Shown: positions 18,868 to 27,747, numbered from the stretch's first letter. The stretch is 64,000 bases of DNA from Acidocella sp. (GCA_965199125.1 OZ240683.1:553013-617012), one strand, 5' to 3'. The notes: generated from the sequence alone by a model not told the origin. Program-made: numbers and translations.

Positions 18868-19246
18868 CACCCAATCGCGCCAGAGCGGCTTTACCTTGAT
18901 CGAGATGGTCGTGGTGATCGCGGTGCTCGGGCTGGTGATCGGCGCGCTGGCCGCGATCGGGCCGCCGCGCGACCGCTGGCTGCGCACGCGAGCCGCCGCC
19001 GCCGATGTGGCGGGGGCGATGCACCAGGCCGCCGGCCGCGCCATTGCAACCGGCCGCCCGGTGGCACTTGCCTTGCCGGCGCTGCCCGCCTGGCTTGCCG
19101 TGGCCGTGCAGGCGCCGGCTGGGGGCATCGTGTTCCAGCCGGACGGCAGCGACAGCGGCGGCAGCGTGCTGCTGGAGGAAAACGGCAGGCAGATCAGCGT
19201 CAGTGCGGATTGGCTGACCGGACGGATCGGCATCCATGCCTCTTAA
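18857..19246 (+). CDS. gspH: Minor pseudopilin H
   Basis: QSGFTLIEMVVV prepilin cleavage site; first pseudopilin after gspF. Confidence 0.8.
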   Translation: MPSSTQSRQSGFTLIEMVVVIAVLGLVIGALAAIGPPRDRWLRTRAAAADVAGAMHQAAGRAIATGRPVALALPALPAWLAVAVQAPAGGIVFQPDGSDSGGSVLLEENGRQISVSADWLTGRIGIHAS

Positions 19247-19598
19247 TCGCCAATCCGGTTTCACGTTACTGGAAGTCATGGTGGCCTTCGTGATCGCGGC
19301 TTTGGCTACCGTGGCGCTACTCGCCGCCGGCTTCCACGGCGCCGCCGGCAATCGCGCCGCCGCAAGCGATCAGGAAGCGGTGTCCCGCGCGCAATCGCGG
19401 CTCGCTTCCATCGGCGTGCTGACGGCGTTGCACCCGGAGCAGCTCGCCGGCGACGACGGCGGCGGTTACAGCTGGCGGCTCACCGTCACCACGCTGCAAA
19501 GCAGCGGTCGGCTCACACTCTACGCCGTCAGCGTCACCGAACAGATCGGCACGCGCTCCGTGCGGCTGGACACCGAACGTGCGGGGCCAGGCTCATGA
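19236..19598 (+). CDS. gspI: Minor pseudopilin I
   Basis: QSGFTLLEVMVAF; position in cluster. Confidence 0.8.
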   Translation: MPLNRQSGFTLLEVMVAFVIAALATVALLAAGFHGAAGNRAAASDQEAVSRAQSRLASIGVLTALHPEQLAGDDGGGYSWRLTVTTLQSSGRLTLYAVSVTEQIGTRSVRLDTERAGPGS

Positions 19599-20161
19599 CC
19601 GCGCGGGATGCTGGTTTCACCCTGCTGGAAATGCTGGTCGCCCTCGTGGTATTCGGCCTGCTGATGGCCGGGCTGACGCAGACGACACGTTACGGCCTGA
19701 CCGCCTGGTCCAAGGAGCGCCACAGCGCCGCCCAGCCGGAAGCTTTGGCCGCCGCCGATGGCGCGCTGCGCCGGCTGCTCGAGCAGGCCTCCCCCACCGG
19801 CTTCACCGGCTCGCCGGACAAGCTGGCCTTCACCACCATCCTGCCGGCTGGCGCGCGGGTGCCCGGAGGCCTCGCCGATGTCGTCCTGCTTGCTGCGGCC
19901 AACGGCCTGATACTGCGCTGGGCGCCGCATCCGCCAGGGGTGCCACTCTCCCCGCCGCCTCCGCCACAGACCGAACCGGTGCTGCCCGGCGTCACCGCCA
20001 TCCGGGTTAGCTACCTCACGCCGCAGCCAAACGCCTCGCCTGTCTGGGCCGACCACTGGAACCGCAAAAGCGCGCCGCTGCTGGTCCGCATCGGCTTCGC
20101 CTTCGCGAGCGCCGAAACCTGGCCAGACCTGATCGCCGCCCCGGCCGCGGGCGGCCCGTGA
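19595..20161 (+). CDS. gspJ: Minor pseudopilin J
   Basis: DAGFTLLEMLVAL; position in cluster. Confidence 0.8.
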   Translation: MTARDAGFTLLEMLVALVVFGLLMAGLTQTTRYGLTAWSKERHSAAQPEALAAADGALRRLLEQASPTGFTGSPDKLAFTTILPAGARVPGGLADVVLLAAANGLILRWAPHPPGVPLSPPPPPQTEPVLPGVTAIRVSYLTPQPNASPVWADHWNRKSAPLLVRIGFAFASAETWPDLIAAPAAGGP

Positions 20162-20236
20162 CATGAAGCATCCATTTTTCTCTTGTTTAGGCGAAGACTG
20201 CCCGCGCGCATGATTCCAGCTTCCTTATCTTCCCCG

Positions 20237-21259
20237 ATGCCCGTGCTCATCGAGTTCTTTAACTGGTGGCTGCGGCAGATCCGCTCGTTGCCGATCGGGC
20301 GGCGGCGGCGGCCGGGCGAGCAACCCGACGCGGTGATCGTGACGGTGGATGAGCTGCGCCTGGACCCCGAACTGGCGGCGAGCGGCAGCGTGCTGATCCG
20401 GCGCGACGGCAAAGCCGTATCAAGCACGCCGCTCAGCCTGCCGCACCAGCATCTGATGCCGGCGGTGCCTGCAATGCCGCCGGCGCTGCGCACAGGCCTG
20501 CGTCTGCCGCCCGGCATGGTGCTGCACCGGGAGGTCACGTTGCCATCGGCGGCGGCGCGTGACCTGTCCGCGATGCTGGTCTTCGAAATGGACCGGCTGA
20601 CGCCCTTTGATGCCGCCGAGTTGCTCTGGAGCACCGGCCCAGCCCGCCACTCCGCCAACCGCGACTTCAAGAAATTCAGCCTGCTGCTGGTCCTGCGCCG
20701 GCCAGTCGAGGCGCTGCTGGCGGCGCTGGGGCAGGCGGGGCTCCGGCCCTCCTTCCTGGAATGCGAAAACGGCCTGATCGAGCTGCGCCAGGGGCCCGCG
20801 CCGGCGCATTTTCAGCGGCGCGCGCTGTGGCTGCTATGCGCCGGATTAGCGCTGGCCTGTCTAGCCGTACCGGTGCTCCGCCAGCAGGCCGCGCTGAACA
20901 ACGCCGGTCAGCAAATCGCCGCACTCGCGCCGGCGCTGCGGGAGACGCAGGCGCTGCGGACACGCCTCGCCGCCGCCGCCGCCGCGCAGGCCGCGATCAC
21001 GGCGGCGCAACAGCAAGGCGACACGTTGCGCAGCCTCGCCGTGCTGACGCGCGCTTTGCCAGACGGCACCTGGCTAAGCGACCTAACACTCAAAGACGGC
21101 GACCTGACGATCGACGGCCAGTCGGCCGACGCGGCCGCGCTGATCGCGGTGCTGGCGGCAACGCCAGCCTTCCACGATCCGCGGTTCGTGGCGCCGGTGA
21201 CCCGCGCGATCAACGGCGATGCCGACCTGTTTTCGATCAACGCCACGGTGACGCCATGA
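20237..21259 (+). CDS. gspL: GspL/PilN-like assembly protein
   Basis: FFNWWLRQI N-terminus, EMDRLTPF, TM helix, ALPDGTWL..L.L....LTIDG.S PilN domain. Start uncertain (20183-20237). Confidence 0.8.
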   Translation: MPVLIEFFNWWLRQIRSLPIGRRRRPGEQPDAVIVTVDELRLDPELAASGSVLIRRDGKAVSSTPLSLPHQHLMPAVPAMPPALRTGLRLPPGMVLHREVTLPSAAARDLSAMLVFEMDRLTPFDAAELLWSTGPARHSANRDFKKFSLLLVLRRPVEALLAALGQAGLRPSFLECENGLIELRQGPAPAHFQRRALWLLCAGLALACLAVPVLRQQAALNNAGQQIAALAPALRETQALRTRLAAAAAAQAAITAAQQQGDTLRSLAVLTRALPDGTWLSDLTLKDGDLTIDGQSADAAALIAVLAATPAFHDPRFVAPVTRAINGDADLFSINATVTP

Positions 21260-21849
21260 ATTACGCTCTGCCGGAGGGCCGGGCCGGGCAGATCAGCGCC
21301 GCCGGGCTGGCGCTGCTCGCGCTGGCGGCGGTGGCGTTCGGCGTCATCGCGCCGCTCAGCGACTGGTACGGCGCTCGCGCCGCGCTGTTGCAGGATGAGC
21401 GGCAACAGCTGGCGCATATGCTGGCGCTGCAACGGACGCTGCCGTCGCTGCGCCGGAGCGCCGCGGCGGCCGCGCAAACGGCGAACGCCACCGTGCTGCT
21501 GCCCGGCGGTTCGGACGCGATCGCCGGCGCCGCCTTGCAATCGTCGCTGCAAAACCTGGCCGCGCGGTCCAGCATCAGCCTGGACAGCGCCGAGATGCAA
21601 CCGGCCGATGATGTGGGCGCGCTGCGGCGGATCGGCGTCGCGGTCAGCGTCACCACCACCTGGCCAGCGCTGATCACGCTGCTGGCACAGATCGACAGCG
21701 CCAGCCCGCGCATGATCGTCGATGACCTCACGATCAATGGTAACGCGCCACCCGACCCACGGCAGGAGGTCAGCCTGCAGGCAACGTTCACCGTCTCCGC
21801 CTTCCGTGCCGGCGGCGGCCCCAACAGCGACGCGGACGGTGGTTCGTGA
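21256..21849 (+). CDS. gspM: GspM-like protein (T2SS M subtype b)
   Basis: ATG 21256 overlaps the gspL stop (ATGA); N-terminal TM helix, AGAALQ..LQ, ferredoxin-like C-terminus. Confidence 0.8.
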   Translation: MNYALPEGRAGQISAAGLALLALAAVAFGVIAPLSDWYGARAALLQDERQQLAHMLALQRTLPSLRRSAAAAAQTANATVLLPGGSDAIAGAALQSSLQNLAARSSISLDSAEMQPADDVGALRRIGVAVSVTTTWPALITLLAQIDSASPRMIVDDLTINGNAPPDPRQEVSLQATFTVSAFRAGGGPNSDADGGS

Positions 21850-22367
21850 CCGCGCCGGATCTGATGCCGACGGTGCTGGCGGCGCTGCTGGCGGCGCTGC
21901 TGGCAGTGGAGGCGATCGCGCCGCTGCCGCAACCGGCACCCCTGCCGCCACCGCATGCCGCGGCCGCGCGCCCGGCTGCCATCGCGCCGGCCAGCTCGGC
22001 GGACGCGCAAGCGGCGATACTGGCGCGGCCCTTGTTCAGGCCGGACCGCCGGCCGCCGCAAGCCGCCCCGGCCGTCCTTGACGAGACGGTGCCCAGGCTC
22101 TCCGCCATCGTGATCACCGGCGCCGGCCGCAGCGCGATTTTCATCGCCGATAACGGCAGCGCCGCCGTGCTGCGCCTCGGCGGCCACATCGGCGCGTATC
22201 AGCTGCAGACCATCGCGCCGGACAGCGTGAGCTTGGTTGGCCCGAACGGCGCGATCAGCGTGCATCCCAGCTTCACCGCCGCCGCCCCGGCACCCTCGCC
22301 AAACCCGCCCGCCGCACCGCAGCCACTGCCGCCGCCGACCGGGCTGTTTTCCAACATGCCGCAATGA
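21846..22367 (+). CDS. T2SS GspN/GspC-like protein
   Basis: TM helix, Pro-rich linker, ILARPLFRPDRRP, RLSAIVITG..RSAIF; lies between gspM and gspD. Confidence 0.65.
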   Translation: MTAPDLMPTVLAALLAALLAVEAIAPLPQPAPLPPPHAAAARPAAIAPASSADAQAAILARPLFRPDRRPPQAAPAVLDETVPRLSAIVITGAGRSAIFIADNGSAAVLRLGGHIGAYQLQTIAPDSVSLVGPNGAISVHPSFTAAAPAPSPNPPAAPQPLPPPTGLFSNMPQ

Positions 22368-24679
22368 GAGGCGCCCTGCGAACTTTGGCGCTCTTCGCCG
22401 TCGCGGCCCTGGCCGGGTGTAACGCGCCCTCGGCCGGCCCGGCTTCGCTGGCCGCCGCGCCGGCGGCGCCGCTGATTGCCCAAAGCCAGCTGGCGCCGCC
22501 GGATACCGGGCGGATGGACAGCGCGATCACCGGCGGCGGCAACGGCTTGCGGCCCAGTGCCAGCTACAGCGCCGCCGCCCCGGTCGTGCTTACCCAGGCC
22601 GCCGGCACACCTAGCCAAGGCGACATCTCGCTGGATTTCGCCGATACCGACATCCGCACCGTGGTCGCGCAGATCCTCGGCACCATCCTGCAGCAGAACT
22701 ATACGATCGACCCTAGCGTGACCGGCACCGTCAGCCTGCGCACCGTGACACCTCTGGCGCGCGACGCGCTGATCCCGACACTGCAGACCCTGCTCGCGCA
22801 GAACAACGCGGTGCTGGTGCGCACCAACGGCATCTACCGGGTGATGCCGGCGGACAAGGCCGCCGCCTCGCCCGCGCTCGCCGGGAATGACGCGTTGGGC
22901 GGCACCGTGGTGGTGCCGCTGCGCTTTACGTCCGCGGACCAGCTGGCCGCCGCCTTGCAGCCTTACGTCACCAATAGCGGCAGGATCGTCGCCGCACCCG
23001 ACCAGAACGCGCTGATCGTGGAGGGCGACCCGGCCAGCCGCGCCGCGCTGGTGAATCTGATCCAAGCCTTCGACGTCGATGCTCTGGCCGGCCAATCTTT
23101 TGAGCTGTTTCCGGTCACCAGCGGCGACGCGCGGGACTTTGCCTCCGCATTTTCCGCCGCGCTGGTGAAAGGCGCGAACGCCCAGCTGTCCGCGACGGTC
23201 ACGGTGGTGCCGCTCGAGCGGATCAACGCCGTGCTGGTGATCGCGCGGGCCGAAAGCTTCCTGTTCGACGCGCAGCGCGTCTACGCGGTGCTGAACCAGG
23301 TGGAGAGCGAGACGGTGCGCAGCTGGCACGTCTATTACCTGCAGAACAGCCGCGCCAATGACGCCGCCTACGTGCTGCAACAGGCGTTCACGCCGAACGA
23401 CGTGACCGCGCAGCCGACCCCGCAGGCGACCGGCCAGACCACCAGCGCGCTCAACGGTGGATCCGGCGACAGCGGCGGCGCCAGCAGCGGCAGCGGGACC
23501 AGCGGCAGCGACACGGCGGGCGGCATCACCGGCCTCGGCGGCAGCGGCGGGATCGGCGGCCTGCTCGGCGGCAGCGTGACCGATACCGGCACATCGTCCA
23601 GCGGCGCGCCAAGCGGCCAAAGCGGCGGCCAAAGCGGCGGCCAAAGCAGCGGCGACCAGAGCGCCGCCGGCGCCAGCGCGCTGCTCGGCCCGCTCTCATC
23701 GGGCGGCGGACAAGTGGATGCCGATGCCCTGCGCATCATCCCCGACAACCAGAACAACTCCCTGCTGATCTATGCGACCGCCGTGGAAAACGACCGCATC
23801 CAGGCGATGCTGGACAAGATCGATAGCAGCCCGGTGCAGGTGCGGATCGACGCCACCATCGCCGAGGTGGACCTGAACAGCGCGCTGCAATACGGCACGC
23901 AGTTCTTCTTCCGCTCCGGCGGCATTAACGCGGTGCTGAGCAACGGCACCACCGCGGCGCTGGACACCAGCTTTCCGGGCTTCGTGCTCTCCGGCCATAA
24001 CGGCGACGCCGCGCCGCTGGCGATCTCGCTATTACAGGCGGTGACCAAGGTGAATGTGCTGTCCTCGCCGGAGTTGCTGGTGCTGGACGGCCAGGCCGCC
24101 AGCCTGCAGGTCGGCGATCTGGTGCCGTATCTGACGCAAACCTCGCAGAGCACGCTGTTGTCCGACGCGCCGGTGGTGAACTCGATCGACTACCGCGAAA
24201 CCGGCGTGATCCTGCAGGTCACGCCGCATGTCGGAAGCGACGGGCTGGTGACGCTGGACGTCGCGCAGGAGGTCAGCGCGGTACAGCCCAACGTCACCAC
24301 GGCCGGGATCAACTCGCCCACTTTCTCGGAACGCGCGGTGACCTCGCGGGTGGCGGTGCAGGACGGCCAGACCATCGGCCTCGCCGGCCTGATCCAGGAT
24401 TCTGACTCGCACGCCAATCAGGGCGTGCCCTTCCTGAAAAACGTGCCGCTGCTGGGCGATCTGTTCAGCACCCAGAACAACCAGCGCACCCGCACCGAGC
24501 TGTTGGTGCTGATCACCCCGCATGTGATGCGCAGCCAAGCTGACGCCGCGGACCTGACCGCCGACATGCTGGAACAGATGCCCAACGCCGCCGCCGTACA
24601 AAGCATGTTGCGACTGACCCCAGTCGCCGGCTCCGCCGACCCTGACCAGGCGCTGCGCGCCAGGCTGCCGCCACCGTGA
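22364..24679 (+). CDS. gspD: Type II secretion secretin with lipoprotein signal
   Basis: Lipobox LAGC, ISLDFADTDIRTVV N0 domain, QVRIDATIAEV, GQTIGLAGLI, GVPFLKNVPLLGDLF, RTELLVLITP. Confidence 0.95.
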   Translation: MRGALRTLALFAVAALAGCNAPSAGPASLAAAPAAPLIAQSQLAPPDTGRMDSAITGGGNGLRPSASYSAAAPVVLTQAAGTPSQGDISLDFADTDIRTVVAQILGTILQQNYTIDPSVTGTVSLRTVTPLARDALIPTLQTLLAQNNAVLVRTNGIYRVMPADKAAASPALAGNDALGGTVVVPLRFTSADQLAAALQPYVTNSGRIVAAPDQNALIVEGDPASRAALVNLIQAFDVDALAGQSFELFPVTSGDARDFASAFSAALVKGANAQLSATVTVVPLERINAVLVIARAESFLFDAQRVYAVLNQVESETVRSWHVYYLQNSRANDAAYVLQQAFTPNDVTAQPTPQATGQTTSALNGGSGDSGGASSGSGTSGSDTAGGITGLGGSGGIGGLLGGSVTDTGTSSSGAPSGQSGGQSGGQSSGDQSAAGASALLGPLSSGGGQVDADALRIIPDNQNNSLLIYATAVENDRIQAMLDKIDSSPVQVRIDATIAEVDLNSALQYGTQFFFRSGGINAVLSNGTTAALDTSFPGFVLSGHNGDAAPLAISLLQAVTKVNVLSSPELLVLDGQAASLQVGDLVPYLTQTSQSTLLSDAPVVNSIDYRETGVILQVTPHVGSDGLVTLDVAQEVSAVQPNVTTAGINSPTFSERAVTSRVAVQDGQTIGLAGLIQDSDSHANQGVPFLKNVPLLGDLFSTQNNQRTRTELLVLITPHVMRSQADAADLTADMLEQMPNAAAVQSMLRLTPVAGSADPDQALRARLPPP
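23615..23650 (+). repeat. 12-bp tandem repeat x3 in the gspD Ser/Gly-rich loop
   Basis: GGCCAAAGCGGC GGCCAAAGCGGC GGCCAAAGCAGC, encoding GQSG GQSG GQSS. Confidence 0.8.
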
Positions 24680-25446
24680 CGGGTCAGAGGGGGTTCGCGC
24701 TGCTAATCGTACTCTGGACGATGGTGCTGCTGGCGCTGCTGATGAGCCAGGTGCTGGCGAGCAGCAGGGTAGCGATCGGTCTCGCGGCCAATCTGCGCCT
24801 GGCCGCGCAAGAGCGGGCGGCGGATGACGGCGCGGTGCAGGCGGCGGTGTTTCATCTGGAGGCGCCTGGGCCGGCGCACTGGCGGCCGGACGGCGCCACG
24901 CGGCAAGTCACTATCGCCGGCGTCCCGATCGCGGTGCAGGCGCGCAGCCTGGGCGGCATGGTGAACCCGAACCTTGCCTCCGCCGCGGTACTCGCCGCGC
25001 TGCTGCGCGAGGTCTCGGTGCCGCAGGATCAGGCCGACAGCATTGCCAGTGGGATCGTCAGCTGGCGCACGCCGGCCGCCAATCAGGCCGCCGGCGCCGC
25101 CGCGCGGGACGCATACCGCCGCGCCGGCCGCGCTTACGCGCCGCCGGGCGCGCCGTTCCAGTCGCTCGCCGAACTCAGCAACGTGCTCGGCATGACGCCT
25201 GGCATTTGCGCGCGGCTGCAACCCTATCTGAGCCTATATGCGCCGGCCGAGCCGGACCCCGCTTTGGCCGCTCCGCCGGTGCGCGCCGCGCTGGCGCGGG
25301 TCCCCTCTACCGCGCTGGCCGGCGGCGCGGGTGCGCCGGTGGTGCAGATCAACGCCTGCGCCGCCGCCGGCCTATGCCGCCACGCCGTCGTCAGCCTGTT
25401 CGGCGCGCGCGCAAATGCCCCGTTCCGCATGCTGCAGCTGAATTAG
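24676..25446 (+). CDS. gspK: Minor pseudopilin K
   Basis: QRGFALLIVLW (no Glu5, as in GspK), VNPNLAS, PFQSLAEL..VLGMTP. Confidence 0.85.
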   Translation: MTGQRGFALLIVLWTMVLLALLMSQVLASSRVAIGLAANLRLAAQERAADDGAVQAAVFHLEAPGPAHWRPDGATRQVTIAGVPIAVQARSLGGMVNPNLASAAVLAALLREVSVPQDQADSIASGIVSWRTPAANQAAGAAARDAYRRAGRAYAPPGAPFQSLAELSNVLGMTPGICARLQPYLSLYAPAEPDPALAAPPVRAALARVPSTALAGGAGAPVVQINACAAAGLCRHAVVSLFGARANAPFRMLQLN

Positions 25447-25462
25447 CATGTCGAAATCGAGT

Positions 25463-25969
25463 CTAATTACAGATCAGACCCGGATCGCCCGGCTGCCCCG
25501 GCTTATCGGCGTCGCCCAGCGAGCACAGGTCGTAATCATGGTCCGCCCGCGCCGAAGGCTGCTGATACATGAACGGATGCCCCCAGGGATCGAGCGGCAC
25601 CGTAGCGCTCTTCAAATATGGACCGGACCAGGTGGTCACATCCGCCGGTTGCGCGATCAGCGCCTGCAGGCCGTCCTGCGTGCTCGGATAGCTGCCGGCA
25701 TCCAGCTTATAAAGATCGAGCACCGATTCCAGCTGCGCGACGGATTGTTTCGCGATCGAATTCTTGGCGTGGCCCAACTGCTTCAGCACCGCCGGCGCGA
25801 CCAGCCCGATCAGCAAACCGAGAATAACGATCACAACCAGCAATTCCAGCAACGTGAAGCCAGCCTCAAGAAAGCCGGCGTCCGGGCAGCCGGCGTCCGG
25901 GCAGCCGGCGTCCGGGCCACCGGCGTCCGGTTCACGTTGTTGAACGGTCGATGAGGTTCGCGTGTTCAT
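25463..25969 (-). CDS. gspG: Major pseudopilin G with an extended leader
   Basis: AGFTLLELLVVIVILGLLIGLVAP, LDLYKLD.GSYPST.DGL.AL, WSGPYLK, DPWGHPF.Y, SLG.D; ATG 25969. Confidence 0.93.
   Translation of the reverse strand: MNTRTSSTVQQREPDAGGPDAGCPDAGCPDAGFLEAGFTLLELLVVIVILGLLIGLVAPAVLKQLGHAKNSIAKQSVAQLESVLDLYKLDAGSYPSTQDGLQALIAQPADVTTWSGPYLKSATVPLDPWGHPFMYQQPSARADHDYDLCSLGDADKPGQPGDPGLICN
25875..25934 (-). repeat. 15-bp tandem repeat x4 in the gspG leader
   Basis: CCGGCGTCCGGGCAG x2, CCGGCGTCCGGGCCA, CCGGCGTCCGGTTCA; the leader reads PDAGG PDAGC PDAGC PDAGF. Confidence 0.9.
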
Positions 25970-26059
25970 GCTGCGGCTGGACCTGGCGTTTCGCGGCTTG
26001 CTAACGCAACCGCCTGGCACCGTCAAAGCCCGCGGCCCGGCGGCGTCCGGCGTAATCAC

Positions 26060-26470
26060 ATGATCCACTACCTCGCCTGCATGCTCACCGTGGCCTCCAT
26101 CGCGCATCTGCCGCCGCGCGTGCTGCCAGTCATCGAAACGCTGGAAGGGGGCGCCCCCGGCATGGTGCGGCCGGACGCCAACGGCACAGCCGATCTCGGC
26201 GTCATGCAGATCAACACGATCTGGATCCCCGCCTTGTCGGCGCGGGCGGAGCTGTCGCCGGCGGAAACTCGGGCGCGGCTGATCAACGATCCCTGTTTCA
26301 ACATCGCCGCCGCCGCTTTGGTCCTGCGGGTGTATCTGGCGGAGACCCATGGCGCGCTGCTGCCGGCCATCGGCGACTACCACTCGCACACGCCCTTGCT
26401 TAACCGTCTATACATCGCGCGGGCAGAGGCGGTCGCGGCCGGAATATTCGGCCGGAGCCCCGAACCATAG
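26060..26470 (+). CDS. Lytic transglycosylase (SLT domain)
   Basis: IETLEGG catalytic Glu region, DLGVMQIN, DPCFNI, AIGDYHS.TP; no obvious signal peptide. Confidence 0.85.
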   Translation: MIHYLACMLTVASIAHLPPRVLPVIETLEGGAPGMVRPDANGTADLGVMQINTIWIPALSARAELSPAETRARLINDPCFNIAAAALVLRVYLAETHGALLPAIGDYHSHTPLLNRLYIARAEAVAAGIFGRSPEP

Positions 26471-26480
26471 CGGCCGGCGT

Positions 26481-26597
26481 TCAGCCGATCACGTACAGAA
26501 ACACCCCGCAGCCGACCACCATCGTCATCAAGATTGCCGAGCAAATCCAGCCCGGTATCGGCACGACGTGATGTTCCTCCACTTCTTCCTTTTCCAA
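26481..26597 (-). CDS. Putative 38-aa small membrane protein
   Basis: TTG start preceded by GGAGAA; MEKEEVEEHHVVPIPGWICSAILMTMVVGCGVFLYVIG*, an acidic N-terminus plus one hydrophobic helix. Below the ORF-track cutoff. Confidence 0.5.
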   Translation of the reverse strand: MEKEEVEEHHVVPIPGWICSAILMTMVVGCGVFLYVIG

Positions 26598-26937
26598 ATT
26601 ACTTCTCCCAATTATTAAATTATTCTTTTAGACACGGCGGTTTTGACGACTTTATGCCCGGCCCGGTTATTGACCCGAAGACAGACGATGTTCTCGGTAT
26701 CACATACTACTTTCGTAGCAAAATGAACATAAAATCGCGCAATAACCGCCTATTTTCTTAAAACAGGCCAAACCTTCCCGCTGGAGAGGCCGTTTGGAAC
26801 GTCGTTGGTGAGTCAGCTGGGGGCACCTCGTTGCGGCGGCGTCCTTCAATGGAAGCGGAGCGTACATTTAGGACGCGAGCATCGCAGCGCAGAAAGACGC
26901 TCCAGATGACCGCCAGAGCGGGTTTACGAACGGCCGC

Positions 26938-27465
26938 TCAGTCGCGCCGCAAAACCTTGCCGTAATAGCCATCCTGGTAAATCAGCGGGTCGATGTCGTC
27001 GCGTATGCGTATCGCATCGACTGTCCCGATAAAAATCGTGTGCGTCCCGAACACCATGCTCTGCGCCAGCGTGCAGACCAGCACCGCCTGCGCGCCGGCA
27101 AGCACGGGCACGTTGTCCAGATGGCTCCAGACGCCGTGCCGGAAGCGTTCCGGCCCTTTGATCTTGCCGCTGAAAATCGGCACCAGCGGGGCATTGTCCG
27201 CATGCAGAATATTCACCGCGAAACGTTTGCGTTTGATCAGCACGTCCGAAGCGCTGGCCGAGCGGTTGACGCAGGCGAGGAGCGCCGGCGGCGCGGTGGA
27301 GACCGAAGTTACCGCCGTGGCGGCCAGACCATGATAGCCTTCGTCATCATTGGTGGTGACGAGGGTGACCGTGGCGGCGAGCCGGCGCATTGCGAGCTTG
27401 AAGCCGTCGACCACGTTGTCGTGGGCGCTGCCATACCAGGTTTCTTCGGCCAGATTGTCCATCAT
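26938..27465 (-). CDS. Flavin reductase family protein (HpaC/RutF-like)
   Basis: FKLAMRRLAATVTLVTT, GLAATAVTSVS..PP.LL.CVN, FAVNIL, GTHTIFIG.V, PLIY..G.Y. Start uncertain (27465-27591). Confidence 0.88.
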   Translation of the reverse strand: MMDNLAEETWYGSAHDNVVDGFKLAMRRLAATVTLVTTNDDEGYHGLAATAVTSVSTAPPALLACVNRSASASDVLIKRKRFAVNILHADNAPLVPIFSGKIKGPERFRHGVWSHLDNVPVLAGAQAVLVCTLAQSMVFGTHTIFIGTVDAIRIRDDIDPLIYQDGYYGKVLRRD

Positions 27466-27658
27466 CACGTCCCCAACGTTAAGTACCGCTTCGAAAGCCT
27501 GACACGGCGCCGTCAGGTCCGCTTCGGCGAGGCAGCCCGCCTGCCGTGCCGCCTCCTCGTGATCATCCCCCGTATCAATATCGGATGACAACCCCCGCAG
27601 GTTCAGGGTACGCGCCCGCGTTCATCCGGCCGCCTCCCCCTTGCGCATCCCCCGCGGC

Positions 27659-27733
27659 TGGCTGGGACGGGAGGATTCGAACCTCCGCATGGCGGAATCA
27701 AAATCCGCTGCCTTACCGCTTGGCGACGTCCCA
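27659..27733 (-). tRNA. tRNA-Gln (TTG)
   Basis: TGGGACG/CGTCCCA acceptor stem, GCCAAGCGGTAAGGC D-arm, GCGGA-TT-TTG-AT-TCCGC anticodon arm, GGTTCGAATCC, encoded CCA; directly downstream of ispE. Confidence 0.97.
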
Positions 27734-27747
27734 AAGGCGCGGCCTGG

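Noticed and set aside
20162-20236. AT-rich gap with a 16-codon ORF between gspJ and gspL as an internal promoter or leader peptide
   Set aside because: No convincing promoter elements or RBS, and the gspL start is uncertain.
25875-25934. CRISPR array
   Set aside because: Repeats are contiguous with no unique spacers and no cas genes; the same applies to the other tandem repeats in the window.
26534-26761. 75-aa plus-strand ORF in the AT-rich patch
   Set aside because: No RBS or recognisable features; it overlaps the better-supported minus-strand small ORF and its likely promoter.
26471-27733. Prophage or integrative element at tRNA-Gln
   Set aside because: No integrase, phage genes or duplicated att sequence seen by eye; only a possible remnant is reported.
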